Of a stretch of DNA of 64,000 nt, positions 21,801 through 28,895 are shown piece after piece; positions within the stretch are counted from its first letter, which is position 1; each line of letters begins with the position of its first letter. This stretch comes from an uncultured virus (IMG/VR IMGVR_UViG_3300000116_000008) (taxonomy: Duplodnaviria; Heunggongvirae; Uroviricota; Caudoviricetes): IMG/VR virus record IMGVR_UViG_3300000116_000008; one strand, given 5' to 3'. The notes beneath the pieces were generated by a model. It had not been told where the DNA came from. It ran no database searches and was given only the letters and a program-made list of their open reading frames with translations. The position numbers and the translations under genes were made by a program.

Positions 21801-21843
21801 AAACAGCACTGCAACAGTAATGGTTACTGCGATAGGAGTATAA
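15838..21843 (+). CDS. central tail fibre/tip attachment protein, lambda gpJ-like
   Basis: GLGEGPV, YPRTAVVG, WTQNPIWIVYDILTN, LAPGDVISV motifs; FN3-like segments; 2001 aa. Confidence 0.85.
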   Translation: MARRFLNYQNQVVPVIGGAKGGKGGGGGAGEDPNSLFSTDIVFITAGLGEGPVYRINPNGPQDIEIQDNQIDDLIDFSDNTADGDKFVTLSTTGTTSQAPLTVFGESIQTPQSFASPVSLKKGNLDGVPSVKVTDQETSANDWDAIKFNFQISSLQKVTKKGDVKNHSISIKITLKRRILTGSLGTDTITSIERTISGKTTTPFRFNVKIVVPDANKDISGYRFTVEKTSDDDSSSGVSEAIQLVSWSEIENSKQAYPRTAVVGYALKAVDEHQGGVPNFTSLVKGLLVKVPSNYNQPTLTNGEIDWREVEVSDAKRTGNGYRLQNSTSVQTQSQPQIYVGTWDGTFVYSWTQNPIWIVYDILTNSTYGLGIPEDNIDKYKFFQVAQYCDACDAITGKFVGVDGQADGTFRHKPRLDFAGVRNTLIGSPIGTKIKERRFTLNISIADDSQAMDMLNTMCSTFRGALVYSLGKLTLAVDMPDEYPVMVFNETNIKTGSLVISGTKESDVISGVDVSYVDPSNHYKREVVRVDTADANDGAERNVIKNVQSLDLPGVTRRSQALRFAQYQIAASRYLRRNVTFTTSTDALTLAPGDVISVAQQLSGIAYGFSGKISANSDSSGAGSNANIFLEHFSSPSLASTNFTANSGPLALRVIKMKDDRVDLYLVSNTKFALSNVDVTSGFDRAEINVIAKFNKQSKQFQNITNFSPSTIAPVKGDLWTFGEIENPNNFYTNKAGKLFKITSIDREPDEEEVTLSGIEYISNVYVDSDTFIDYTPTAYTDIISPLSQPPSPVFSFNSVPRERIDGSVVVDGQLQVRNELIGYNQDLRTEFFISKPDVATRVMNTFTSSGVLNIVANDELNTSIPAKLSGKNGFSGLAGEIRLLCNAVSEVDTVGGTLDGNVQLTLEGLNVAFDENFFKHILEVNDNPAVFNNLKGTDFISVPVKEKSAVQGTEDFPGFAGDIVELAVEIKDFDKSTNTIKFENTRTGSLKFIEKLPDAPFFIRINQLLDSRFYSNNSFYVGGSEMLISNTGTLTSGVVNDIPLHVEPRRAEFVKFFVDGIEKTPSQFTVNLNSTNAREANINYTPLSSEVNFRTKIDHYTVPAIELGDNVELAFNNTYSVTKTSFDPASPTYNAALTANSIYRVELSESPTINAIGLSFVNISPDISGNLGNISGNTATVDFSTTGTPSIFNLGNNRIYNVEVGGEFEKLFLAENGLVQDLDVGTTSIRARNRNVLGRLSPTTTRSITVSTIPIRKVTGLAISESLYREQTGGVAIRATCAFTHIVGQQVTDYEISYRLDNIDNVGSDDGGADLTAFNTVKVPATGVDDDGKIRFTVSGINRGLNSDSNSILFRITPLNKSIRGDTASISKSIIGKTAKPSNIFSFTGGQNTDQITLLWQYPRQASGDLLDLDLKEVVIRRSPGSITASVENFVASDPLVTVSAGTARKSIPIDTFGEFTYLARTRDTSGNLSDDVVSITLTTTRPDRSTVVAAFNEDSPSVAFTGITNTNAGESNFPSFADSTQGGTVVADGNQTDNSNGTASGFSAIGGSPTDLLAVDDATYITKIRDFGATVTGSVFVDFTASQEVKSTFNDAFEEVLSGVSDASAPNSNVIKETSFGGLGTVLGFANTTLSPNPRFDANNQTLMTGGASGNVFAILNTGKFTGNVSSITAITKASTSRVTTSGSEHGIASTSSPGKRVIVHDVGGMTQINNRELFAKRINATTIDLFTDSGLTSGLDSSGFGTFTSGGVLDEGDYSNSNAYAFIAGTINADHVELGASFFANGAPTGSNAFANVTVSGNAYKLINMTQYSDTGAAETFSGTLGAVSSQVLIRTTTADNSALYASTGTNDRAEGAVQTSEFVGSSVNDGFQAYQAGSRTFRQFQLKIILNNSKPNEFDFTIDKFRYSIEKDTVTFTDTVTYDGAPKTVSFTSAGFLNRPAVSYAVLTQLDSVANPSIVVTTAASNQSVSFRMVAADGTGEYNANSTATVMVTAIGV

Positions 21844-23043
21844 ATGGCACTAATAGATTCAAATACCTTTATTGAACCAACCTCGGGTACCTCACTTAAT
21901 ACTGCTCGTTCTCAGTTCAATAACGCAATTAGATCTCTATTAACTAATTTTAAATCTTCATCTCCTCCTGCGACTACTAATATTTCAGCTTTAGGAGATA
22001 CTATTGGCGAACAAGACGGTATGCTATTTCGTATGGCAAACTCTAACGTTTCTGCCTTATATATCTCAGACTCAGTTCAAAAAAAATCATCTGAAATAGG
22101 TGGTAACTTTACAAGAGCTGGTATTGGGAATCGTATAGAAAACGGTATCGTAGCTATGATGGCTAATGTTACTCATTATGAGATCGGAGAGCTAACTGCT
22201 ACTGTTACTGCTGATGCAGGGTTAGCTGGTAATGCAAGACTATACCTAGTAAAAGCAAATGCGGGAACTTCTGCTGATTTTATAGATGTAGGTATACCTC
22301 CAACTAATGGATCTGTTGTTAATACTATGATTGCTGTTGGCGGTGTTACTGCTGATAGACTAAACTTAGCAGGAGACGTAGTAACTTCTGCTCCAGCAAA
22401 TAGACAAAATGCACATTTAAAAGTAGGTTCTGCCAACGGTACAAATACTTCAATACTATTGGGTTCTGCTAATACGACATCAAATGTATCCTTAGTAAAA
22501 CTTCATGGAGGAGTAGCCGAAGACGCAGGTCTTAGTGTTTTTGATCAAAGTTCAAAATATGCTCCTATATCTGCGAATTTACTATCACAAGCTACTATAC
22601 AAGGAACAGATACTGACGTAGCACCACTTATGCCAGCTGGCTCAGTAATTGTATGGGCAACTGGATCAGCCCCTGCTGGTTGGTTATTATGTAACGGTGC
22701 TGCAATAAATAGAACAACTTATTCAGCCTTGTTTGCAATAATAGGCGTAACTTATGGTGTAGGAAACGGATCAACAACTTTTAATGTACCAGACACAACA
22801 GATAGAATAGTAGCTGGAGTAGGAGCAAATAATGCAATTGCAAGCTCCGCAGGTAGACTAAGAGGTACCCATCAAATTATAACTGATTCAGGATCTGCTG
22901 CAATTACAGCAGGTACTTTAGAAGTTTCAGTTGGTGCAAAAGACGCTGGAGGACAAACAGTTGTTAACTCGATTAATGCTGGAGGACATACTCATACAGC
23001 TACATTACCATTAGTAGTAATGAATTATATAATTAAAACTTAA
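21844..23043 (+). CDS. tail fibre protein with tail-collar domain
   Basis: PAGSVIVW..APAGWLLCNG..YSALFAIIG..TTFNVPD and terminal MNYIIKT. Confidence 0.85.
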   Translation: MALIDSNTFIEPTSGTSLNTARSQFNNAIRSLLTNFKSSSPPATTNISALGDTIGEQDGMLFRMANSNVSALYISDSVQKKSSEIGGNFTRAGIGNRIENGIVAMMANVTHYEIGELTATVTADAGLAGNARLYLVKANAGTSADFIDVGIPPTNGSVVNTMIAVGGVTADRLNLAGDVVTSAPANRQNAHLKVGSANGTNTSILLGSANTTSNVSLVKLHGGVAEDAGLSVFDQSSKYAPISANLLSQATIQGTDTDVAPLMPAGSVIVWATGSAPAGWLLCNGAAINRTTYSALFAIIGVTYGVGNGSTTFNVPDTTDRIVAGVGANNAIASSAGRLRGTHQIITDSGSAAITAGTLEVSVGAKDAGGQTVVNSINAGGHTHTATLPLVVMNYIIKT

Positions 23044-23054
23044 AGAGGGAAAAA

Positions 23055-23528
23055 ATGAAATATATAAAGTTTAATATAGACGAAATGCATCAACGAATGG
23101 TGTTTTGCGAGTATAGAGATTTTACTGAAGGTAAAGGTCCAATGCTCACTAGAGCCTTTCCCCTTGACGCCATTGCTGAACAAGAGCCTAAAATTAATGA
23201 ATTAATAGTTGGTAATGAAATCGGTATGTATTATGAACTTAAGGGGTCTACCGAAGTTAGAGAGACCCAATATTTAGAAAGAATAGACTCAATTGATGAT
23301 GAGATCGTTGAGTGGATAAAAGAGTTTGTTGAAAGAGCCTGCGTGCAAGGTTTGTGGGATGAGTTATTAAAACCGCCTACAGTTGATCAACAAGTTGAAG
23401 ATTTTATAAAAGAATTTTTTGACGAAGAAGAAAATCAAGAGGAACCGCTTGAGAAAAAAGACTTTTTAGCAGAGTTTTTTCAAGAGTTAGAAGACGATGA
23501 TAAAGAGGCGGCAGACTCTAAGGAGTAA
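23055..23528 (+). CDS. hypothetical acidic protein, possible fibre chaperone
   Basis: ORF with SD between two fibre genes. Confidence 0.45.
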   Translation: MKYIKFNIDEMHQRMVFCEYRDFTEGKGPMLTRAFPLDAIAEQEPKINELIVGNEIGMYYELKGSTEVRETQYLERIDSIDDEIVEWIKEFVERACVQGLWDELLKPPTVDQQVEDFIKEFFDEEENQEEPLEKKDFLAEFFQELEDDDKEAADSKE

Positions 23529-23530
23529 AA

Positions 23531-24904
23531 ATGTCATTAACAAGAATTACATCAGGAGTTGTTGGTGCTAATGCTATTTCTACAGAGAAACTAGCAAACG
23601 GTGCTATTACTTCAAGACACATAGCAAATACATCTATTGAATTAAAGCACTTAGGTTCTTCCGCTAATCAAGTTGCTGGAATTAATACGATAACAGCTAA
23701 TGTTAACACTGTTCAAGCTAATCTTAATATTGTTCAAGCTAATGTTAATGCACAGACAACAAATGTTAATATAGTTTCCGCTAATGTGGGTAACACAGTT
23801 GCTTTTACAGCTAATGTTGAGGCTAGACGTGTCGCTAATATTGCTGGTGCCATAAGCACTGTTCTTACTGGTGATTTAACGGTGTCAAGAGCTTTAGTAT
23901 CTTCTGGAAGCGGTAAAATCGCAGTATCAGCAGTTAGTGCAACAGAACTTGCTCATTTAGACGGCGTATCTTCAGCTATTCAAACACAGTTAAATGCTGT
24001 TGAGGCTAGAAGAGCTGCAAATAATATTGCTACCACTTTCACTGATGATGTTATTGTTACAGGTAACTTGATTGTTAACGGAGACACTACTACTGCAAAT
24101 TCCATAAATATGGTTGTCCAAGACCGTATGCTTATGTTAGCTAATTCAGCTACGGGCGCACCAGCTGCTGACGTTGGGTTACTTTTCAACAGAGGTAACC
24201 AAGGTAACGCTGCAATTTTCTATGATGAATCAGCAAAAACATTTAAATTAAGTGACACAAAAGACCCTTCAAGTAACACTTCTTTATCCCCTGTTACTGC
24301 GTCTAACTTAGATGTCGGCATTGTCACTGCTGCTACTTTAAACGCTACTGCTATAACACAAAATGGTGCTACTTTAGATAATTTAATAGGGTCTAATGTT
24401 TCTGGAGCTATATCAACTGTAAAATCTACTGATTTAACTGCTTCACGTGCATTAGCATCAAGTGGTTCTGGTAAGATAGAAGTAAGTGCCGTCACAGCTA
24501 CTGAATTAGGATACTTAGGTGGAGTAACAGGAGCTATCCAAACTCAGCTAGATGCTAAAGAATCAATCGCGGCATCTGCAGCTAATGACTTTATTACTTT
24601 TACTAGGTTAAACGCTAATATTAATGTTGTGTCAGGTAACGTTGCATTAGGTTTAACTCAAAAAACAAATGTCATTACAAGTGGCGGAGCAAATACTTTT
24701 CACATAGCAACCCCTCCTGCTAGTAATCCTACTACTATATCTAATGTTCAGGTGTTCATTGATGGTTTAGTACAAAAACCAAAAACAACAAGTAGTGATA
24801 ACGATTATATATACACTGCAGGAAGCGGATTAGTAACAATTACTGATGCTTCTTTACCGTCAGGATTGGCCATTCAAATTACTGCTCTATACCCGCCTTC
24901 CTAA
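23531..24904 (+). CDS. tail fibre-like structural protein with internal duplication
   Basis: ANVN heptads, duplicated GAISTV..ATEL..LxGVxxAIQTQL unit, VTGNLIVNGDTTT motif. Confidence 0.7.
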   Translation: MSLTRITSGVVGANAISTEKLANGAITSRHIANTSIELKHLGSSANQVAGINTITANVNTVQANLNIVQANVNAQTTNVNIVSANVGNTVAFTANVEARRVANIAGAISTVLTGDLTVSRALVSSGSGKIAVSAVSATELAHLDGVSSAIQTQLNAVEARRAANNIATTFTDDVIVTGNLIVNGDTTTANSINMVVQDRMLMLANSATGAPAADVGLLFNRGNQGNAAIFYDESAKTFKLSDTKDPSSNTSLSPVTASNLDVGIVTAATLNATAITQNGATLDNLIGSNVSGAISTVKSTDLTASRALASSGSGKIEVSAVTATELGYLGGVTGAIQTQLDAKESIAASAANDFITFTRLNANINVVSGNVALGLTQKTNVITSGGANTFHIATPPASNPTTISNVQVFIDGLVQKPKTTSSDNDYIYTAGSGLVTITDASLPSGLAIQITALYPPS

Positions 24905-25899
24905 TGCGACCTATCAGACAACTCACCACAGAATTAACTTTTAGATGCAATGCAAAATGTCCTGCGTGCCATCGTCAAAAGCCTTTATCAGTGGATTTAA
25001 ATGCAAAAAAACATACAATATCCCTAGATAACTTTAAAAAACTATTTTACCCTGAATTACTAAAAAAGATGGAATGGCTAGTTCTTAACGGTAATTTTGG
25101 CGATTCCATAATGAATAAACAATTTAGAGATATCATTTCATATGTCAAAGAGCATGATACTAGAATATTAATTCATACTAATGGAGGTATCCATAATCAT
25201 GACTATTGGACTGACGTTGGTAATATTTTAACAGATAAAGACATTATAAATTTTGATTTAGATGGTTTAGAAGACACCCACCATATTTATCGTATAAACA
25301 CTAAATTTGAAAAGGTTTTTAGTAACGCAAAGTCTATTATAGCTACTAACAGGCCTCAAGTTCATTGGAAATATATTGTATTTGAACATAATAAACATCA
25401 GGTTGAAAAAGCAAGAAAATTAGCAAATGATAATGGATTTACTACTTTTTCAACAGTTAAAACATCAAGAGATGTTTTTGCACCCTCTACAGGTAAGTTT
25501 GTTCATTCAAAAAAGACCTCTGCTTATAAACAAGCACGAAGAGAAATTCATTGTGTTTGGGATAATTGGGGTAAATGGTATGTTTCTCCTGAAGGTCTTG
25601 TGTTTAGATGTTGTTGGACGGGAGGACACTACTACGATCAAGGTGAAAAACGTTTTTATTACCCTCCTAAGTTTGAACGTATGTTTAACGGATTTCATGT
25701 TCCCATCGAAAAAATTATAAGTTATGATTATTGGAATAAATTAAGAAATTTTTTAGACGGTTATGAACGATCATTTTCTTTATGTAAATCATCTTGTGGT
25801 AAAATAGTTTCTTCAATAGAAAAGACAGAAGAAAACTTAATAACAGGAGAAACTGTAGTATTCGACTCTAAAAGCAAGGAGACTTCTCGTGTCAGCTAA
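24904..25899 (+). CDS. radical SAM protein with C-terminal Cys-rich (SPASM/twitch-like) domain
   Basis: CNAKCPAC, HTNGG, C..CC..CKSSC. Confidence 0.85.
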   Translation: MRPIRQLTTELTFRCNAKCPACHRQKPLSVDLNAKKHTISLDNFKKLFYPELLKKMEWLVLNGNFGDSIMNKQFRDIISYVKEHDTRILIHTNGGIHNHDYWTDVGNILTDKDIINFDLDGLEDTHHIYRINTKFEKVFSNAKSIIATNRPQVHWKYIVFEHNKHQVEKARKLANDNGFTTFSTVKTSRDVFAPSTGKFVHSKKTSAYKQARREIHCVWDNWGKWYVSPEGLVFRCCWTGGHYYDQGEKRFYYPPKFERMFNGFHVPIEKIISYDYWNKLRNFLDGYERSFSLCKSSCGKIVSSIEKTEENLITGETVVFDSKSKETSRVS

Positions 25900-26092
25900 A
25901 ATAGTGAGCAAAGTAGGAAAATTTAAATTTTTAAGATTCCCTAATCGGGGTATTCGCAGAAATGAACGAATTAGAAAACTTGCCACACGCCGAAAATTAA
26001 GTTATTCTACAATTGAAAAATTAATAAATAAAGAACGTGGTTTAGGTTACCCTATAAAGTATTCTAAACCGATTGGCTTTAAAAAAAACTAA
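25889..26092 (+). CDS. small Lys/Arg-rich protein
   Basis: GTG start after SD AAGGAG; 67 aa, strongly basic. Confidence 0.65.
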   Translation: MSAKIVSKVGKFKFLRFPNRGIRRNERIRKLATRRKLSYSTIEKLINKERGLGYPIKYSKPIGFKKN

Positions 26093-26140
26093 CGTTCATC
26101 TCACAAGAGACGGAAGTAGGTTTATAAACCGAAGGAACGC
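26093..26140 (+). ncRNA. glnA-class (glutamine-I) riboswitch aptamer
   Basis: CGTTC-P2(TCTC/ACAA/GAGA)-CGGAAGTA-P3(GGTT/TATA/AACC)-GAAG-GAACGC: three-way junction with AGUA/GAA E-loop, matching the glnA motif consensus as I recall it. Confidence 0.88.
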
Positions 26141-26165
26141 ACTTAACTGTAACAGGGAGAGTGTT

Positions 26166-26417
26166 ATGACAAATATAATCGAAACTAAGTTTGGTACTTT
26201 AGTTAATACAAAAAAGATAGCAGCAGGAAGTGCCTCTAGCATAAAAAAATCTGGAGCATTTTATAACTTCTCTATCAGAGTAACAAATGACGACATAAGA
26301 GAATACTCATTTACAGATCTTGCAAGAGCTGAATATATGAGAAGAATTATGATCGGTCATTTAGAAGAAAAAATTAAAAAGGAATCAAAGAGTATTCCTA
26401 AAACTACTGTGGCATAA
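26166..26417 (+). CDS. hypothetical 83-aa protein downstream of the riboswitch (start corrected from 26073)
   Basis: ATG 26166 after SD GGGAG 26155-26159; MTNIIETKFGTLVN... Confidence 0.75.
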   Translation: MTNIIETKFGTLVNTKKIAAGSASSIKKSGAFYNFSIRVTNDDIREYSFTDLARAEYMRRIMIGHLEEKIKKESKSIPKTTVA

Positions 26418-26459
26418 AAAATAGATTTTCAAAAGACCCACGTTTATAAGGAATCTAAC

Positions 26460-26801
26460 ATGAAAAATAATAAAGATGGTCATACTGACGTTGCTTCTGC
26501 TAGAAGGCAGTGCGCAAATATAATCGAAGATTGTCAGGATATGCTGAAGGCTTTACCTGATGATAGCGAAGCTTCACTACCTACGTGGTGGACTAACAAA
26601 CTTGCTGTATCAGCTGCTTATATTAATTCTGATAGAGATTACTTAGTTTATACTATGCAACAAAATTCTGAAGAAGAAACCTCTGAAGAGCCTGTTGTAG
26701 TTGATGATGATCAGCGAATGACAATAAATTTTACAGTAGATGAAGATGATATGACACCTCCATCTGCTAAAATGGTTAAAGAAACAGATAATGCCTCTTA
26801 A
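26460..26801 (+). CDS. hypothetical phage protein
   Basis: ORF with SD AAGGA; DGHTDVASA..LPTWWTNKL; acidic C-terminus. Confidence 0.65.
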   Translation: MKNNKDGHTDVASARRQCANIIEDCQDMLKALPDDSEASLPTWWTNKLAVSAAYINSDRDYLVYTMQQNSEEETSEEPVVVDDDQRMTINFTVDEDDMTPPSAKMVKETDNAS

Positions 26802-26994
26802 AAAAGGTAAATCTCAAAAAACCATTTCAACAAATATAAAAGAGCTTATGAAAAACCCCTCTAAAGCTCGTTCTAAGGGTATCGGTACTCTTGCTAAAAA
26901 ACAAGGTATCACACGTAAACAGGCTCACCGTCGTCAAGCAGTTGCAATCGCACTTAGAGCGGCAGGTAAACCTCGTATAAAACGTAAAAAATAA
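26791..26994 (+). CDS. small Lys/Arg-rich protein
   Basis: MPLKKGKSQKTISTNIKEL..QAVAIAL, a common small phage protein pattern. Confidence 0.7.
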   Translation: MPLKKGKSQKTISTNIKELMKNPSKARSKGIGTLAKKQGITRKQAHRRQAVAIALRAAGKPRIKRKK

Positions 26995-26997
26995 ATT

Positions 26998-27026
26998 TTG
27001 ACACATAATTGATTATCTGTGAAAAT
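26998..27026 (+). promoter_or_regulatory. putative sigma70-type promoter
   Basis: TTGACA-17 nt-(TGn)GAAAAT in the intergenic gap. Confidence 0.45.
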
Positions 27027-27059
27027 ATACTATAAATAATCTTTCTAAGGAGAAGAACT

Positions 27060-27707
27060 ATGGCATTAGTCTATAACATCGGTGGCCCTAACTCAAACTT
27101 TTCAACAATTGCAGAAATTGATTCTACAACTTTGACTCAGGGCGATAACACAATACAAATATACCCAGGTACTCACGCAGCCCCAACTTCTATTACTGCT
27201 TCTAACATTGCTTTTAAAGGCATGGGAGATCGCGACGACGTAATTATTGATGGTGCAGCTGGAGCAGCGCTTGGCGTCACTTTAAGTGATAGTTGCTCAG
27301 GCACAATTACTTTCGAAAACTTAACAATTAAAGGACAAGATAACGTACTTACTGGAAATCCAGCAGGTGCTAACGCTGCTATTACTAAATCAGGTAATGA
27401 CGACGTAAAACTTGTTTTCCGTAACTGTAAGTTCACTAACGCAGAACATGCTGTTATTCATAACGGTATTCATGCTAACGCGCTTGGCGTAAACCAAGTT
27501 GAAATGCATTATTGTCAAGCTGACGTGGATAAAGCAATCGTTTCAAATTCAAACGTATTTGCAACATATTCACTTTTTGGTGCAAACGCATATCATACAG
27601 CAGCAGGAGCTGCAACTCCATCAACAGCTATTAAAACAATGTTGTGTGGACCAAACACTGCAAACGTTGGTAACTCAACTGAAACAATACTTGCAACAAT
27701 TGCATAA
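27060..27707 (+). CDS. pectin-lyase-like beta-helix protein
   Basis: FSTIAE..TIQIYPGT..ITFENLTI..FRNCKF pattern; SD AAGGAG. Confidence 0.6.
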   Translation: MALVYNIGGPNSNFSTIAEIDSTTLTQGDNTIQIYPGTHAAPTSITASNIAFKGMGDRDDVIIDGAAGAALGVTLSDSCSGTITFENLTIKGQDNVLTGNPAGANAAITKSGNDDVKLVFRNCKFTNAEHAVIHNGIHANALGVNQVEMHYCQADVDKAIVSNSNVFATYSLFGANAYHTAAGAATPSTAIKTMLCGPNTANVGNSTETILATIA

Positions 27708-27734
27708 TAATAATTCTATTTAAGGAGAAAAATC

Positions 27735-28067
27735 ATGGCTATGATTAATAAAAAAGCAAAACAGCCAATGGAGCAAAAAGCTAGTTATGCTAAAGTCAGT
27801 GACGCAGCTGGTGGCGGAACACAAAGAACTGGTTTTACAGGTTCAAGCGACCCACGTGGAGCTGGAATGCTAGGTCAAACTAAAATGCTTAAAGATGCAA
27901 AAGGTTATATTGACCAAGGTCCAGATACTATGGATACTTCTGGCGATGCTAGAGGCTTTGTCTCTGGTGGTCCAAAGTCTGCTGGTAGCGCAGGTGGTAT
28001 GGTTAGCCCAGCCAAAGAAAACGTTACATCAGGAATGGGTGGAAAAGTCATTAAGGATATGAAGTAA
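27735..28067 (+). CDS. Gly/Met-rich low-complexity hypothetical protein
   Basis: SD AAGGAG; 110 aa. Confidence 0.65.
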   Translation: MAMINKKAKQPMEQKASYAKVSDAAGGGTQRTGFTGSSDPRGAGMLGQTKMLKDAKGYIDQGPDTMDTSGDARGFVSGGPKSAGSAGGMVSPAKENVTSGMGGKVIKDMK

Positions 28068-28268
28068 ATGGCTAGAACCTCATTTGGAAGTGGAATCGGA
28101 GAAGGTAAAGTAGAGACTATTGGCGATAACCGTTATGGTCTTCGTGAAACCTATGATGATGCTGAAATGAAAAAAACTAAAGAGCATTATCGTAAAGGTG
28201 ACACTTTAACTATCAAAGAAGTTAAAAACCCTCTTCTACAAACTGTTAAAACAGTAAAGGCAAAATGA
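28068..28268 (+). CDS. hypothetical protein
   Basis: Starts immediately after the upstream stop; 66 aa. Confidence 0.6.
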   Translation: MARTSFGSGIGEGKVETIGDNRYGLRETYDDAEMKKTKEHYRKGDTLTIKEVKNPLLQTVKTVKAK

Positions 28269-28360
28269 GTATTGCTCCTGACGTATTTAAACGCTCAATG
28301 CCTAAATACAAAAAACGAGCTAAGAAAAAGAATCGTAAAGTTACGAAAAAGAAGAAATAA
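28265..28360 (+). CDS. 31-aa very basic peptide (not in ORF track)
   Basis: ATGA overlap with the upstream stop; MSIAPDVFKRSMPKYKKRAKKKNRKVTKKKK. Confidence 0.6.
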   Translation: MSIAPDVFKRSMPKYKKRAKKKNRKVTKKKK

Positions 28361-28895
28361 GATTACGTAACCAGGTTTTATCATAAGGCGCACAGATATT
28401 AACTTGCGCCTTACTCGTTTTTATAATCTTTTCAATTATTTTTTTACTATCTACATCTACAGAAATAAATACCAAATCATCAATTCCTAACCAGGAATAA
28501 TCATAATCAATTGCATTAGTATTTACAATTTTAATCTTATCCTTACACGGACTTGCTGCTATCAATTTTTTGCTGATTACGCATCTGTTTTTATCAATTT
28601 CAATTCCTATTTGATAAATATTAGGATACTGTCTATGAACATCAAACATTGAATAAGGGTACATACCACTACCTATCAACACTAAATTTTTACATGAATC
28701 AAATTTGTATCTCTGCTTTTTATCTCTTAATGTTCTGATAATCCAAGCATTTTTTTCTGCTAAATCGTACGGTTTACTATAGTCCTTACTTTTAAGGCAA
28801 CTTTTTAAAAGAGCTATTTCGTTCTGGGCGACAAGATTCTTCCAAATTACTTCATCTTTTTTAACATCATCCATTGTGTATTTTTTTAATGACAT
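28341..28895 (-). CDS. nicotianamine-synthase/CntL-like SAM-dependent enzyme
   Basis: LVLIGSGMYPYS..GIEID motif resembles NAS FIGSGPLPLT. Confidence 0.55.
   Translation of the reverse strand: MSLKKYTMDDVKKDEVIWKNLVAQNEIALLKSCLKSKDYSKPYDLAEKNAWIIRTLRDKKQRYKFDSCKNLVLIGSGMYPYSMFDVHRQYPNIYQIGIEIDKNRCVISKKLIAASPCKDKIKIVNTNAIDYDYSWLGIDDLVFISVDVDSKKIIEKIIKTSKAQVNICAPYDKTWLRNLISSFS
28384..28422 (+). terminator. putative terminator of the late transcript, embedded in the convergent gene
   Basis: TAAGGCGCA/TGCGCCTTA 9-bp stem followed by CTCGTTTTT, at the strand switch. Confidence 0.4.

Noticed and set aside
527..24495. Many antisense ORFs in the structural module (e.g. 8423-9352, 6647-6997, 20532-20882)
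   Set aside because: They are shadows of long + strand genes, with no SD or recognisable motifs
26073..26165. N-terminal extension of ORF 26073-26417
   Set aside because: Runs through the riboswitch; the SD supports ATG 26166
26422..26457. Weak hairpin over the SD of ORF 26460
   Set aside because: AT-rich stem with a long loop; could easily arise by chance
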